A DNA stretch of 59,596 bases from Candidatus Micrarchaeota archaeon (lineage in GTDB: Archaea; Micrarchaeota; Micrarchaeia; Micrarchaeales; CABMGC01), in assembly GCA_021848025.1 (NCBI GenBank), contig JAJZND010000025.1:44718-104313 (forward strand), in the 5' to 3' direction. Of the stretch, positions 45,754 to 55,746 are shown piece by piece (within the stretch, counting starts at the first letter, position 1; each line of letters begins with the position of its first letter). The position numbers and the translations under genes are program-made. The notes under the pieces are model-generated. The model was not told where the DNA came from. It made no database searches and saw only the letters and a program-made list of their open reading frames with translations.

Positions 45754-46296
45754 TCAGTAAGTTGGATGCCTCTCTTCAGTGCCTTCTGCCTGGTTTACAT
45801 AGAGCGAAGACACGAAGAGATATGATGAAAGCCTGTTTGCATACGCTATTATGGATCTGTCGAGATTATACTGGTTTGCAGCTGCGACTATCGCCCTCTC
45901 CATCCTTCTTGAAATAGACCTTGCGACATGCAGATGCGCTGCCCCGGCAGATCCGCCTGGAATTACAAACTGCCTGAGCTCAGGCAGATCCTTTGAAAGT
46001 GCATCTATTCCTGTCTCAAGCCTCTTGAGCGGCTTCTCATCAAGAATTGGTTTCTTGATCCCTGAATATCCCAGCGAGGCGAGGTTTGCGCCTATTATAA
46101 AAAGGTCGTTCTGTATCAACTTTAATTCACTTACTATCTTCTCTTCGCGAAGGTAGAGAATGCATACTCCAATGTAACTATTCAGCTCGTCGGCGCATCC
46201 TATTGCATCTATTAGCTTATCGTCTTTGGCAAGCCTCCTGCCTGTCAATGTGCCGGTCGACCCGCTATCTCCGGAGCCGGTATAGAATTTTGCCAT
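45754..46296 (-). CDS. ATP:cob(I)alamin adenosyltransferase, PduO type
   Basis: MAKFYTGSGDSGSTG...DAIGCADELNSYIG and RRMERAIV strings. The start is set at ATG 46296. Confidence 0.85.
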   Translation of the reverse strand: MAKFYTGSGDSGSTGTLTGRRLAKDDKLIDAIGCADELNSYIGVCILYLREEKIVSELKLIQNDLFIIGANLASLGYSGIKKPILDEKPLKRLETGIDALSKDLPELRQFVIPGGSAGAAHLHVARSISRRMERAIVAAANQYNLDRSIIAYANRLSSYLFVSSLYVNQAEGTEERHPTY

Positions 46297-46346
46297 AATA
46301 ACATTAGCCTGCAATAAAATAAAGCTGTATGCGCTCTCTGTATGCA

Positions 46347-49289
46347 TCAGGTATATCGTTTCCTGCCTTTTTTATTGAAAACATAATAGTAAACTATAAG
46401 CGATATGGCTACCAGTACCGCGAAGATGCCTGCGAAATAGACAACTATCCTTATGATCTGGCTTTTTTGGGCGGTTCCGTTGCCAGGATAAGCACTTCCA
46501 GCATTTCCTTTCTGGCTTGCAGAGCTATTGCCTACCGTGATTGTAGCCTGATGCGATGTAGTTGTAGGGGAACTGCGTGAGGCATTTGGAATAGTGGTGG
46601 ATAAGCTTGTTGACTGTGCAGTGTCATTTGTATTGAAAACAGGATAGAAGAGCCCGATTATCGGATCCCTCTGTATCGCAATGCTAATCGTCCCAGAGCT
46701 GGCATTTAGATAGAAGTTATTTACCATCGCCCATTTCCCATTTAGCAGCTCATAGAGGCGGACTAAGCTGGAATTCGTCTTGTTTCCGAGCATGAATGTT
46801 AGCAGTATGGTCACGTTTGCGGTGGTATTTACGCTTGCATTGATTATTGACAAGGGCGCATATCCTGCTAGCTTTCCGAGCTGCCCGTAGTCTGCATCCA
46901 TGTTGAGCATTCTGACAGTTAGCCCTGCGCTGTACGGAGACGATGAATTTATCAATAGAGATGCTGATCCGTTGAATATCACTTTCATACTTCCATTTCC
47001 GGGTATCACAAGGCTTAATGTGCCTGCAGTTGAATTTGCATATACTGTAGTTGTTTTTGCCGCTATATTCTGGACTGAATTTTTTTGCGTGTACACAACT
47101 GCTTCTGCAGTGGTATAAAACACATGCGATACGTTGAGCAGCTTAACGTAATAGATATGGCCATCTGCAGGAGTCAATTGCTGCGGGACTCCCTCGACAA
47201 GCGTATATGCTGTGTCATTCACGCTTAGTATGACCTTGTCATTGCTGTTATAATCATCAACGATGTTAAGGGCTCCTTTTGGAAGCGTTAGGTTAAACTG
47301 CAGCCCTTGCATCATGTTCGATATTTCATAGCCTGTTGATGATGCATTGGTAAAGTTCGCTATAGAATAATGAGGTGGAGGAGGCGAACTGGACTTCGAG
47401 ATGGCTGGTGCAGGGGCAGGACTTTCTGAGATTCCGAAAAGATTCGGGCGTATATGCTGCTCAACCCACTGATCGGTTATGTTGCGCGGCACTGCGCTGC
47501 TGTTGAAACCGAATGCGTTTGGATGGAGTATCATGCCATATATTTCAACCCCGTAGGCAGCAAGAGGACCTGGCTCATCGGTTATATTGGTGGAGAGATT
47601 GCCCAGGATATACACCTGGCCATTCTTCCACGCGTTTGTATTCTCTATTCCGGGAATTGAATCGAGCAATTGCGAAGTATTGGTTATATTATTTATGAAG
47701 ATGCTGGCAATTATCACATTTGGATTTGCAGCAAGAAGTGATTCTGATGAAGGGGATGGATAGAATCCAGGATATACTTCCTTGCCTCCGGCCGTGCTTA
47801 TCTCAGAGCCTATGAAGGACTGATTTCCATCTACATAAAGCACCCCGTAATCGTAATAGCTAAGCATTGCGACAGTAGGCTCCTGCAATCCCGCAACTGC
47901 TCCTGTTACATTGCTTATTATCCTATTCATTCCGTTTACTACACCAAATCCGCGCTGCGTTCTTCCCGTAGTGTTTGCAATAAGCATTATGTCGCTCTCC
48001 ACCTGGCTTATGTTGTAATCAAAATCTCCGCCAAGCGCAACAGCAGTGATGTTTGCCTGGCTCAGATCGGAGATGCCGCTGGTAAGGCTGCTATAGAATG
48101 CACCGGAGTCTATTGGCACATAGTTTGCCCCTGAAGCGATAAGCCCGGAAGTGAAGTCCGGGACCGTGAAATAGTCTCCGAGGTTGGCTATGCTTGAGTT
48201 TGCATTTACGCCGTACTGCGATAACGTGCTCTTTGATATGGAGCTCATGCCTACGACGTCGCTGCCCAGGCCAAGCGAGTATATTGTCTGGCCTATTGAT
48301 GGCAGCAGTATCCCTATTCTCGGATTGTTCACTCTCGTAATATTCCTTCCCAGCCAGTCCTTGTATATGGATGGGGCAGGATTAGCTGTTATAAAGTAAT
48401 ACTGTATATTCTGCGCAGAACCCGTCGTGCTGATTCCATCTGACGTGTCGTTTATCACAACAGCCAGCGTGCCCTGCTCAGTGTGGTTGCTTGCAGTATC
48501 GGTTACTGTGCATGTAGGCAGGCCAGAATTGCATGAATTTCCAAGCTCTATCCCATTAGCCGGAACAGATGTGTAATAGGAGGTCCAGTTGAAATTGTAT
48601 TTCCCTGTGCCTCCTGTTATCTGCGTTGTGTTCAGCGCGTTGAAGGTGTATGACTGGCCGTATGTGATGTTTATTGCAGGAAAAGGCTCGTTATAGTAGT
48701 AACCTGAAGAGTTGTAATTTGTTATTACGTGCAGGGCAGGGTATATGCCTACGCCGTGCATTATCGAACCCGTATCCTCGCTGCCGCTGGAATCCGTGAT
48801 TATTACATTGAATGACCATTGACCGTATATCGCATTTGCAGTAGTGATATTCATGGAGTTGCTTCCCATGCTTACTTGCAGCATGTTTTCTGACAGGGAC
48901 GTTATCTTAAGTGATTCTGAATTTCCTGAGAGAGGATAGGCAGAAGTAGTCCCTGCCATACCGGATTGCTGTGCATATTCAAGCATGGCGTTATATGGAG
49001 GGTTCCCTCCGCTTACGCTGAAATTGAACTGAAGGTACTGCCCAAGGTCAACATTTGCGCTGGTGAACGAGTTCGGAGCAATTGAGAGGGGAGAGTTTGA
49101 AGTAGGTGCATATTCCTGCAAGGAGAAAATTCTTGAAGGAAGCGGCGGGGTTACGGACGCAGGCTGGCTGCCGAGCCATGAGCCTGTGCCTGTTGCGCTG
49201 CTTGTGTTCGATGACAATCCGAATGCGTATCCACATGCAAGTGCAAGTATCAGGAATTGGAAAGCTAATGCTGCAATAATATTCTTCAT
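46347..49289 (-). CDS. very large secreted/anchored surface protein containing a BtuF/FecB-like (cluster A) periplasmic-binding-protein domain
   Basis: Signal peptide with a possible lipobox (FLILALACG). The central segment GILLPSIGQTIYSLGLGSDVVGMSS ... ANPNVIIAS ... NGQVYILG resembles Fe-siderophore/cobalamin binding proteins. The C-terminus has a TM helix plus basic tail (KKGRKRYT). It is divergent from the FecCD permease. Confidence 0.55.
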   Translation of the reverse strand: MKNIIAALAFQFLILALACGYAFGLSSNTSSATGTGSWLGSQPASVTPPLPSRIFSLQEYAPTSNSPLSIAPNSFTSANVDLGQYLQFNFSVSGGNPPYNAMLEYAQQSGMAGTTSAYPLSGNSESLKITSLSENMLQVSMGSNSMNITTANAIYGQWSFNVIITDSSGSEDTGSIMHGVGIYPALHVITNYNSSGYYYNEPFPAINITYGQSYTFNALNTTQITGGTGKYNFNWTSYYTSVPANGIELGNSCNSGLPTCTVTDTASNHTEQGTLAVVINDTSDGISTTGSAQNIQYYFITANPAPSIYKDWLGRNITRVNNPRIGILLPSIGQTIYSLGLGSDVVGMSSISKSTLSQYGVNANSSIANLGDYFTVPDFTSGLIASGANYVPIDSGAFYSSLTSGISDLSQANITAVALGGDFDYNISQVESDIMLIANTTGRTQRGFGVVNGMNRIISNVTGAVAGLQEPTVAMLSYYDYGVLYVDGNQSFIGSEISTAGGKEVYPGFYPSPSSESLLAANPNVIIASIFINNITNTSQLLDSIPGIENTNAWKNGQVYILGNLSTNITDEPGPLAAYGVEIYGMILHPNAFGFNSSAVPRNITDQWVEQHIRPNLFGISESPAPAPAISKSSSPPPPHYSIANFTNASSTGYEISNMMQGLQFNLTLPKGALNIVDDYNSNDKVILSVNDTAYTLVEGVPQQLTPADGHIYYVKLLNVSHVFYTTAEAVVYTQKNSVQNIAAKTTTVYANSTAGTLSLVIPGNGSMKVIFNGSASLLINSSSPYSAGLTVRMLNMDADYGQLGKLAGYAPLSIINASVNTTANVTILLTFMLGNKTNSSLVRLYELLNGKWAMVNNFYLNASSGTISIAIQRDPIIGLFYPVFNTNDTAQSTSLSTTIPNASRSSPTTTSHQATITVGNSSASQKGNAGSAYPGNGTAQKSQIIRIVVYFAGIFAVLVAISLIVYYYVFNKKGRKRYT

Positions 49290-49521
49290 TATTACCACCA
49301 GTCAAAACACAATAGGTTGTGGTGCTATTGTATGTTTTCTACTAAATCTTGTAGCCAGCATATTTATATGTTCACAAATCAAATAATGTAGCCGCATAAA
49401 AGGCCTGTTAGCCCCACAATATAAGACTTTAACTCGATGTCTGAATGCTTTCTCCGACAACCTCCATGGTGGTGTTTATCTGAAGCGATCTAGTAAAAAG
49501 CATGTAATCTTATCGGCAGCA

Positions 49522-50496
49522 GTGCTTCTCCTGTTCCTTTTTGCACTTGTGCTGCTTAATCTCATGATAGGGAGCGTGTATATACCGCTGAGCGGAATCC
49601 TCTTCCCTACCAGTATATACCGGGAGATAATTTATATTATAAGGCTTCCGGAAGCAGTAGGAGCAGTAATAGTCGGCGCTGATCTCGCAGTTGCAGGAGC
49701 AGTGATGCAGTCGGTATTCAGGAATCCCCTTGCTGAGCCGTACGTGACAGGGACCGCAAGCGGTGCAGTCTTCGGTGTGCTTGTGGGTTTCAGCATAGGA
49801 ATATTTGCCAGAAGCCTTTTCGGTTTCGCACTTATCTTCGAACCGGCCTTTGGCTTCATAGGAGCCATGGCTGCCACTGCGCTTGTGATAATTTTCAGCC
49901 GGAGAGGCGACTGGCTCAGCCTGATACTTGCCGGAATCGCAATCTCCATACTCCTTTCTGCATTTGTAATGCTGCTGGACTCATACCTGCTTACGAAAAC
50001 ACCTTCCTCGCTTTCCATACTGCTCCTTCTTTTCGGGACGCTCTCGGGGCTTAATGTTAATACAGACATAATAATGGCCCTTTTGACGGTACCCGCCATT
50101 GTCTACATACTCTATTCTTCGAAGAAGCTGAATCTGATAATGATAAGCGATGAGGTCGCGCAGTCTTCTGGCGTGGATCCGGGCAGGTTCAGGCTGATTA
50201 TGCTTGTCGTAAGCGGCATACTTACTGCTGCTGCGCTCTCGTTCACTGGTATAATAGGGTTCGTGGGCCTGATAACGCCGCACATTATAAGGATGATGCT
50301 GAGGAGCGCCAATAACACTGCAGTAATACCGCTTGCAGCCGTTCTCGGCGCATCTATACTGCTGCTCTCGAATTTCTTATCAAAGGTATTAATACCTGAG
50401 ACTACAGTACCAATAACTGCTATAACAAGCATACTCGGCGTTCCCATGCTGATGTACCTGATAAAGAAGGAGGATTACTTTGGCAGATCATATTAA
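49522..50496 (+). CDS. ABC importer permease, FecCD/BtuC family
   Basis: RLPEAVGAVIVGADLAVAGAVMQSVFRNPLAEPYVTGTASGA is the FecCD signature region. GTG start. The frame is open upstream without a canonical start codon. Confidence 0.85.
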   Translation: MLLLFLFALVLLNLMIGSVYIPLSGILFPTSIYREIIYIIRLPEAVGAVIVGADLAVAGAVMQSVFRNPLAEPYVTGTASGAVFGVLVGFSIGIFARSLFGFALIFEPAFGFIGAMAATALVIIFSRRGDWLSLILAGIAISILLSAFVMLLDSYLLTKTPSSLSILLLLFGTLSGLNVNTDIIMALLTVPAIVYILYSSKKLNLIMISDEVAQSSGVDPGRFRLIMLVVSGILTAAALSFTGIIGFVGLITPHIIRMMLRSANNTAVIPLAAVLGASILLLSNFLSKVLIPETTVPITAITSILGVPMLMYLIKKEDYFGRSY

Positions 50497-51229
50497 GCTC
50501 AATGACTTCAGCGCAGGTTACAGGTCTGGAGAGGTACTGAGGAAGATTAATGCAGAGATACCCAGGCCGGGCATAACCGTCATATTGGGGCAGAACGGCT
50601 CTGGCAAGACAACCATGCTTAGATCGCTTATCAAATATACGATAGTAAAAGGCGGCTCTATCACTGTGGAAGGAAAGGACTTGGATAGGATACATTTGAG
50701 TGAGCTGCCCAATTACGTGGCTTATGCTCCCGCCTGGCTCGAAGACCAGATGGGCTTTACAGCATTGAATATCGTATCAAGCGCAAGAGTCTCCGGGCGG
50801 TGGATCACTGAAGATGAAGCAGTAGAGGTGCTGGAGTACCTGCATATAGGACACCTGGCGCAGAAGAGATTTGGCGAGCTCAGCAGCGGGCAGATGAAGA
50901 TGGTGCTTATTGCAAGGGCATTGGCATCTGGTGCTCCAACAGTAATGCTTGACGAGCCCACTTCCGGCCTGGATATCAGCAACAAGAAAAGGATAATGAA
51001 GATGATACGTATGCTGGCAGAGAGAAGGCTCTCTGTTGTGGTGGCCACTCACGACCTGGACATAGCGCTTATCAGCGACTGGGTAATAGCAATTAAAAAT
51101 GGCAGCATCATAGACAGCGGGGCAAGAAACAAAATAATAAGCAGCGCGCTGCTTTCAGACCTTTACGACACAAATGTGCGGATGGTAAAACTGGACAATT
51201 CCAGGCTGACGTGCGTAATGGACGACTAA
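50480..51229 (+). CDS. ABC importer ATP-binding protein (BtuD/FepC-like)
   Basis: Walker A GQNGSGKTT, signature LSSGQMKMV, Walker B VMLDEPTSGLD. It overlaps the permease by 17 nt. Confidence 0.9.
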   Translation: MADHIKLNDFSAGYRSGEVLRKINAEIPRPGITVILGQNGSGKTTMLRSLIKYTIVKGGSITVEGKDLDRIHLSELPNYVAYAPAWLEDQMGFTALNIVSSARVSGRWITEDEAVEVLEYLHIGHLAQKRFGELSSGQMKMVLIARALASGAPTVMLDEPTSGLDISNKKRIMKMIRMLAERRLSVVVATHDLDIALISDWVIAIKNGSIIDSGARNKIISSALLSDLYDTNVRMVKLDNSRLTCVMDD

Positions 51230-51246
51230 GCGCTTGCTATTTCAGC

Positions 51247-53718
51247 TCAGTCGCACTTGGTATAGCCGCACATCTTGCATACATAGCAGCCATTTTCATG
51301 CACGACTCCTTTCTCTCCGCATGAGACGCAGATTTCAGGCTGTATTGCTCCCTGATCTTGGCCTTTTTCAGCCGGACCAGGCTCTGAAATCGGGAGCTGC
51401 TGTCCGCGGGCTATTTCCGCTGTGGCTTCGCTCTCTACCAGCGGAACAGCAAAGAGAGGCCTTTTCTCACAGGACATTATCTCAAGGGCCTGGCCTATCG
51501 AATCAGGAATGCTGTAAAGCTTTATTCCGCGATCCCACGAGATTGAGGAGTTGGCCTTTATGCCCTTGAGGCTCTTTATGACCTCGCTGACATCTCCGCC
51601 TATCTGGAGGTACTTGCTGACCAGCCTGCCTATGGCTTCACAGTAGCTCTTCTCATCGCTGCCAGTCTTGCCAAGATTTATGAAGACCTCCTTTAGCTTA
51701 TTGTTGCTCTCGAAATTTGCAGTTACATAAAGCGCCCCTTGCGGAAGGTTCAGCCTTATTGTATGGCCGCTTAGAAGCCTGGGCCTTTCCCAGTTTTCCA
51801 GAGCCTGTGCCTGGGTTTCTTCTAAAACAGAGGAGCCTGCTGCATTGAATTCCTGCGATGCAGCCTTGGCTTTCTTCTCTTCCTTCTTCCTCTGCGCTTC
51901 TTCTGTTATCAGTATTCCCTCCCTCGAGCCTTCCCTGTATACTGTTATGCCCTTGCATCCTGCTTTCCATGCCTGCATGTATATCTGGCCTACTTGCTCT
52001 ACAGTGGTATCCTCGGGAAGATTCACGGTAGAGGAGATGGCGCTGTCTATGTGCTTCTGTATAACTCCCTGCATTTTGACGCGGAACTCAGGCTTTATCT
52101 TATGTGCAGGCACGAAGAATTCAGGTAGCTCCTGCTCCTCCTTTAATCCGGAAACCTTCATGTACTCCAGAACCAGCGGATGGTATACCTTGAAGTATTC
52201 CTGGCTGAGCGATTCTGAGCGCCTAGTATAGCTGAATGCGAAGATCGGCTCGACCCCGCTTGATGTTCCTGCAAGAACTGAGCCGCTTCCTACAGGAGGT
52301 ATAGTAAGTATTGCAACATTTCTCAGCCCTATCCTGCCTATCTTCTCTTTTATCTCCTCGTCAAGGCTCTGGATGAAAGGCATTGTGAGATGCTTCTTGC
52401 TGTCGAAAAGCGGAAATGAGCCTTTCTCCTTTGCTATCTCTATGCTCTCATCATAAGCCACATGAGTCATCCTTGCAAAAAGCTTGTCTACGAAGTCCAA
52501 CGCTTCCTGGCTGTCGTACTTTATCTTGAGCTTCACAAACATATCGCCTAGGCCGGTAACTCCTACGCCTATCCGCCTGCTCCTCGCTGCCGCTTCGGTC
52601 TGTTCCTTGAGCGGATGCTTTGAGCCATTGTAGTCCAGTACGTCGTCAAGGAATCTTACTGCGTATCTTGTCGCCTTCTCGAACATCTCCCAGTCAAGCC
52701 TTGCATTTGCGCTGAACGGGTCGATTACGAACTCGGCAAGATTTATGTTGCCCAGGTCGCATGCGCCATAAGGCTGGAGCGGTTGCTCTGAGCACGGGTT
52801 TGTGCTTACGATTTCCATGCCGTTGTATTCGCTTGGAGAGTATCTCTTCATAGTGTCCCAGAAGATTAATCCAGGTTCAGCCCAGTCCCTTGCCGAGCTT
52901 ACCAGCTCGTTCCATACCTTCCTCGCGCTTACCCTCTTTTCTATCCCGCCTATAACGCCATTCCCAAACCTAAGTGTGAATTCCTGATCTGCCTCTACCG
53001 CCCGCATGAATTCGTCTGTTATCTTTACACTTATGTTGGCGTACCTTACCGAAGTCATGTTCTTCTTTATGTTTATGAAATTGATTATGTCAGGGTGGTC
53101 TACGCTCATTGTGAGCATGAGCGCGCCCCTCCGGCCATGCTGCCCTATGGTGTGCGTTGTCTCGCTGAATAGGTTCATGAACGAGGTGGCTCCGGTGGAG
53201 TACACCGCAGAATTATTCACTGGCGCACCCTTGGGCCTCAGAATGCTTATGTCTGTCCCTACGCCGCCGCCGTAGCTGTATGTCCTCGCAGCCTCTTTGC
53301 ACCAGTCGAAGATGGCTTCTATTGAATCGTCTTTTATCGGAATGACATAACAGTTTAGCAGGGTGCTCTTTCGCGCCTGTCCTGCCCCGAACATTATCCT
53401 GCCGCCAGGAAGAAACCTGAAATCCCCGAGTAGCCACTTGAATTTTTCATACCACTCGCTTTTCTTTGACTCATCTGACTCCACGCCAGATATTTCGCGT
53501 GCTATCCTGTCCCACATCTGTTCAGGCACAACTTCCACAGTCCTTCCTTCAGCATCTTTTAGCGCATATTTCTCATAGAAGACACGTGCCCGTATCTCAT
53601 CACCGTTGAAATAATCGAGGGTCTCCTTTGGCAGGCTAACTGCCTTTGATGATTCCTCTATAGCAACATCTTTCACAATTTCCTCTGCTTTCTCAGTTTT
53701 TTTCTCACCGGCCACCAT
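51247..53718 (-). CDS. nrdJ: adenosylcobalamin-dependent (class II) ribonucleotide reductase with C-terminal CxxC...CxxC zinc finger
   Basis: Catalytic STNPCSEQPL, ACDLGNINL and VGVTGLGDM. The C-terminal tail is CVSCGEKGVVHENGCYVCKMCGYTKCD. The start is set at ATG 53718; the longer ORF begins with TTG. Confidence 0.9.
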   Translation of the reverse strand: MVAGEKKTEKAEEIVKDVAIEESSKAVSLPKETLDYFNGDEIRARVFYEKYALKDAEGRTVEVVPEQMWDRIAREISGVESDESKKSEWYEKFKWLLGDFRFLPGGRIMFGAGQARKSTLLNCYVIPIKDDSIEAIFDWCKEAARTYSYGGGVGTDISILRPKGAPVNNSAVYSTGATSFMNLFSETTHTIGQHGRRGALMLTMSVDHPDIINFINIKKNMTSVRYANISVKITDEFMRAVEADQEFTLRFGNGVIGGIEKRVSARKVWNELVSSARDWAEPGLIFWDTMKRYSPSEYNGMEIVSTNPCSEQPLQPYGACDLGNINLAEFVIDPFSANARLDWEMFEKATRYAVRFLDDVLDYNGSKHPLKEQTEAAARSRRIGVGVTGLGDMFVKLKIKYDSQEALDFVDKLFARMTHVAYDESIEIAKEKGSFPLFDSKKHLTMPFIQSLDEEIKEKIGRIGLRNVAILTIPPVGSGSVLAGTSSGVEPIFAFSYTRRSESLSQEYFKVYHPLVLEYMKVSGLKEEQELPEFFVPAHKIKPEFRVKMQGVIQKHIDSAISSTVNLPEDTTVEQVGQIYMQAWKAGCKGITVYREGSREGILITEEAQRKKEEKKAKAASQEFNAAGSSVLEETQAQALENWERPRLLSGHTIRLNLPQGALYVTANFESNNKLKEVFINLGKTGSDEKSYCEAIGRLVSKYLQIGGDVSEVIKSLKGIKANSSISWDRGIKLYSIPDSIGQALEIMSCEKRPLFAVPLVESEATAEIARGQQLPISEPGPAEKGQDQGAIQPEICVSCGEKGVVHENGCYVCKMCGYTKCD

Positions 53719-53792
53719 CAAAACACCATTTTTAATATTAGAGCGCAGGGGCACCGCATTATACAACAAGTTGTGCCCAACGAGCCTTATAG

Positions 53793-53830
53793 ATACTACA
53801 GGTAGTATTTAAAAACCTATCTAGGATAGG
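53793..53830 (-). promoter_or_regulatory. TATA-like box flanked by two perfect palindromes upstream of nrdJ
   Basis: ATACTAC-ag-GTAGTAT (53793-53808) overlaps TATTTAAAAA (53806-53815), followed by CCTATC-tag-GATAGG (53816-53830). All lie 75-110 nt upstream of the nrdJ ATG. Confidence 0.4.
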
Positions 53831-53989
53831 TGTTTCTTTTTGTAGCCCTGCATTCCCTCCACCAGTTTATTGTACGGTTGGATTTAAAAATCTTCCACCA
53901 TGCATTTGGGATTTTTTATCCGTACGAGTGTAATGATGGCTGTGCTGAGGGCCTCGGCTCTGCAGGCTTATCTTGAAAAGCCATGAGGC

Positions 53990-55387
53990 TCATGCTGTAC
54001 AGCAGCTCAGCTTTGAAACGTCTTCGTAGAAAGCCTGCGCTGAGAGCTTGAATCCCTCGCTTAGTGTTGGAAAAACGTGGACCGTGTCTATTATGTCGTC
54101 TATTGTAAGGCCGAATTTTACTGCAAGTACACCTTCATGTATCATGTCTGCAGCATGCGGCGCGAGCATATGCACCCCGAGTATCTTCCTTGTCTTATTG
54201 TCAATGACTATCTTGATTACGCCCCTCTCGTCTCCTATCAGCCTTGACTTCGGAACCAGCTTCAATTCAAGCGGACTGCACGCGCATCTTATGCCGTTTT
54301 TTACAACCTGCTCTTCAGTCAGGCCCACCATGGCCGCCTCAGGATAGGTAAAGATTGCGCTGGGTACCTCGTTGAGATTTATTTCCTTCCCCGCACGCTT
54401 GAAAATATTTACAGTGGCTACGTTGCCTTCCTTTGCCGCCAGTGTTTCAAGCATTGGTTCGCCGGTTACGTCTCCGGCAGCATAGATGCCATCTATATTG
54501 GTTTTAAGCTTTTTATCGACTTTTATGAACCCCTTTTCGCTTATCTGCACGCCGGCATTGCCAAGGTTCAGGTTGCCGGTATTCGCCTTACGGCCCGTTG
54601 CAAAGAGCACCTCCTCTGCTTCAAAAGAGGCTTCTGCGCCGTTTACCTGCGCTGTTATCGTTTTGCGCCCTTTGCGTGATGCAATGCTTATTGGTGTTGC
54701 ATCAGTGACTATTTTTATACCATCTCCTTCCAGGTAAGAAGCAAGATTCTCGCTTATCTCAGGCTCCCAGTTCGGTATTATGCTTTTGCTTCTCTGCAGA
54801 ATGGTCACCTTTACTCCGAAATTTGAGAACATCTGCGCAAATTCCAATCCGAGCGCCCTTCCGCCGACCACTAGCAGCGATTCAGGCAGTTCCTTGATCG
54901 AGAGGGCCTCCTCGTTGGTAAGGTATTCCGCCTTTTCTATCCCCTCTATTTTGGGCATGGATGCCTGCGCACCGGTTGCTATGAGTACGTTCTTCGCTTT
55001 TAGCTCTGACTTGCCCGCCTTTATCGTCTCTTTATCGATAAATGAAGCGGTTTTGTTGATGTATGTAACATTTTCCAATGCTTCAAGCACATTTTCGTAC
55101 TTCTCCTCCCTTAATGAATCTATGAGTATGGTCTTTTCCTCTACGATCCTTGCGTAATCAGGCTTTCCAAGTGTGTAGTTCAGGCCTTTGAACCTCCTCT
55201 GCGCCATCTCTCTTGCGAATGAGCCTACTGTTATAAGCCTCTTGCTAGGCACGCATCCCACATTGATGCAGGTACCTCCCAGAAGAGCTCCTTTGGTAGC
55301 ATTATTCCCGACCATTGCGGTCTTGACGCCAAGGCTGTTGGCTTTTATGGCGGCTGAAAAGGCTGCAGATCCCTGACCAAGTATCAC
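53990..55387 (-). CDS. merA: mercuric ion reductase, core enzyme without an N-terminal NmerA domain
   Basis: Redox-active GGTCINVGCVPSK, FAD/NAD Rossmann motifs, and the C-terminal vicinal cysteine pair in KLSCCTA, the MerA hallmark that distinguishes it from Lpd/GR. GTG start. Confidence 0.85.
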   Translation of the reverse strand: MILGQGSAAFSAAIKANSLGVKTAMVGNNATKGALLGGTCINVGCVPSKRLITVGSFAREMAQRRFKGLNYTLGKPDYARIVEEKTILIDSLREEKYENVLEALENVTYINKTASFIDKETIKAGKSELKAKNVLIATGAQASMPKIEGIEKAEYLTNEEALSIKELPESLLVVGGRALGLEFAQMFSNFGVKVTILQRSKSIIPNWEPEISENLASYLEGDGIKIVTDATPISIASRKGRKTITAQVNGAEASFEAEEVLFATGRKANTGNLNLGNAGVQISEKGFIKVDKKLKTNIDGIYAAGDVTGEPMLETLAAKEGNVATVNIFKRAGKEINLNEVPSAIFTYPEAAMVGLTEEQVVKNGIRCACSPLELKLVPKSRLIGDERGVIKIVIDNKTRKILGVHMLAPHAADMIHEGVLAVKFGLTIDDIIDTVHVFPTLSEGFKLSAQAFYEDVSKLSCCTA

Positions 55388-55401
55388 GTATTCAAAACTC
55401 T

Positions 55402-55734
55402 CTATTTAATCACCCTTGAAATATATTCCTTATTGGCTATGTCGCAGGCTATTATTTCAGAATTGTACTTTTGTATATGCTTAATTATGCTGCCCACTAT
55501 CGGTCTGGCTTCATCCTTAAGGCTATAGATGCGCATCTTTCCTTCCCTCCTTACATCTACGAAACCGCAGTTCAGCAGGCAGGCGAGGTGATGGGACACG
55601 TTGCTCTGCTCAGTTTCGACCGCATCGGCTATTTCATTAACGCTCAGATCTTTTTCCATTAAAGCAGCAAGTATGCTAAAACGGCTGTAATCACTGATGG
55701 CAAAAAAGAACGTCTTTACTCCAAGTTTATCCAT
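55402..55734 (-). CDS. ArsR/SmtB-family metalloregulatory transcription factor
   Basis: DYSRFSILAALMEKDLSVNEIADAVETEQSNVSHHLACLLNCGFVDVRREGKMRIYSL is the ArsR HTH pattern, with Cys residues in the recognition region. It lies 14 nt upstream of merA. Confidence 0.8.
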   Translation of the reverse strand: MDKLGVKTFFFAISDYSRFSILAALMEKDLSVNEIADAVETEQSNVSHHLACLLNCGFVDVRREGKMRIYSLKDEARPIVGSIIKHIQKYNSEIIACDIANKEYISRVIK

Positions 55735-55746
55735 TAACTCACTATG

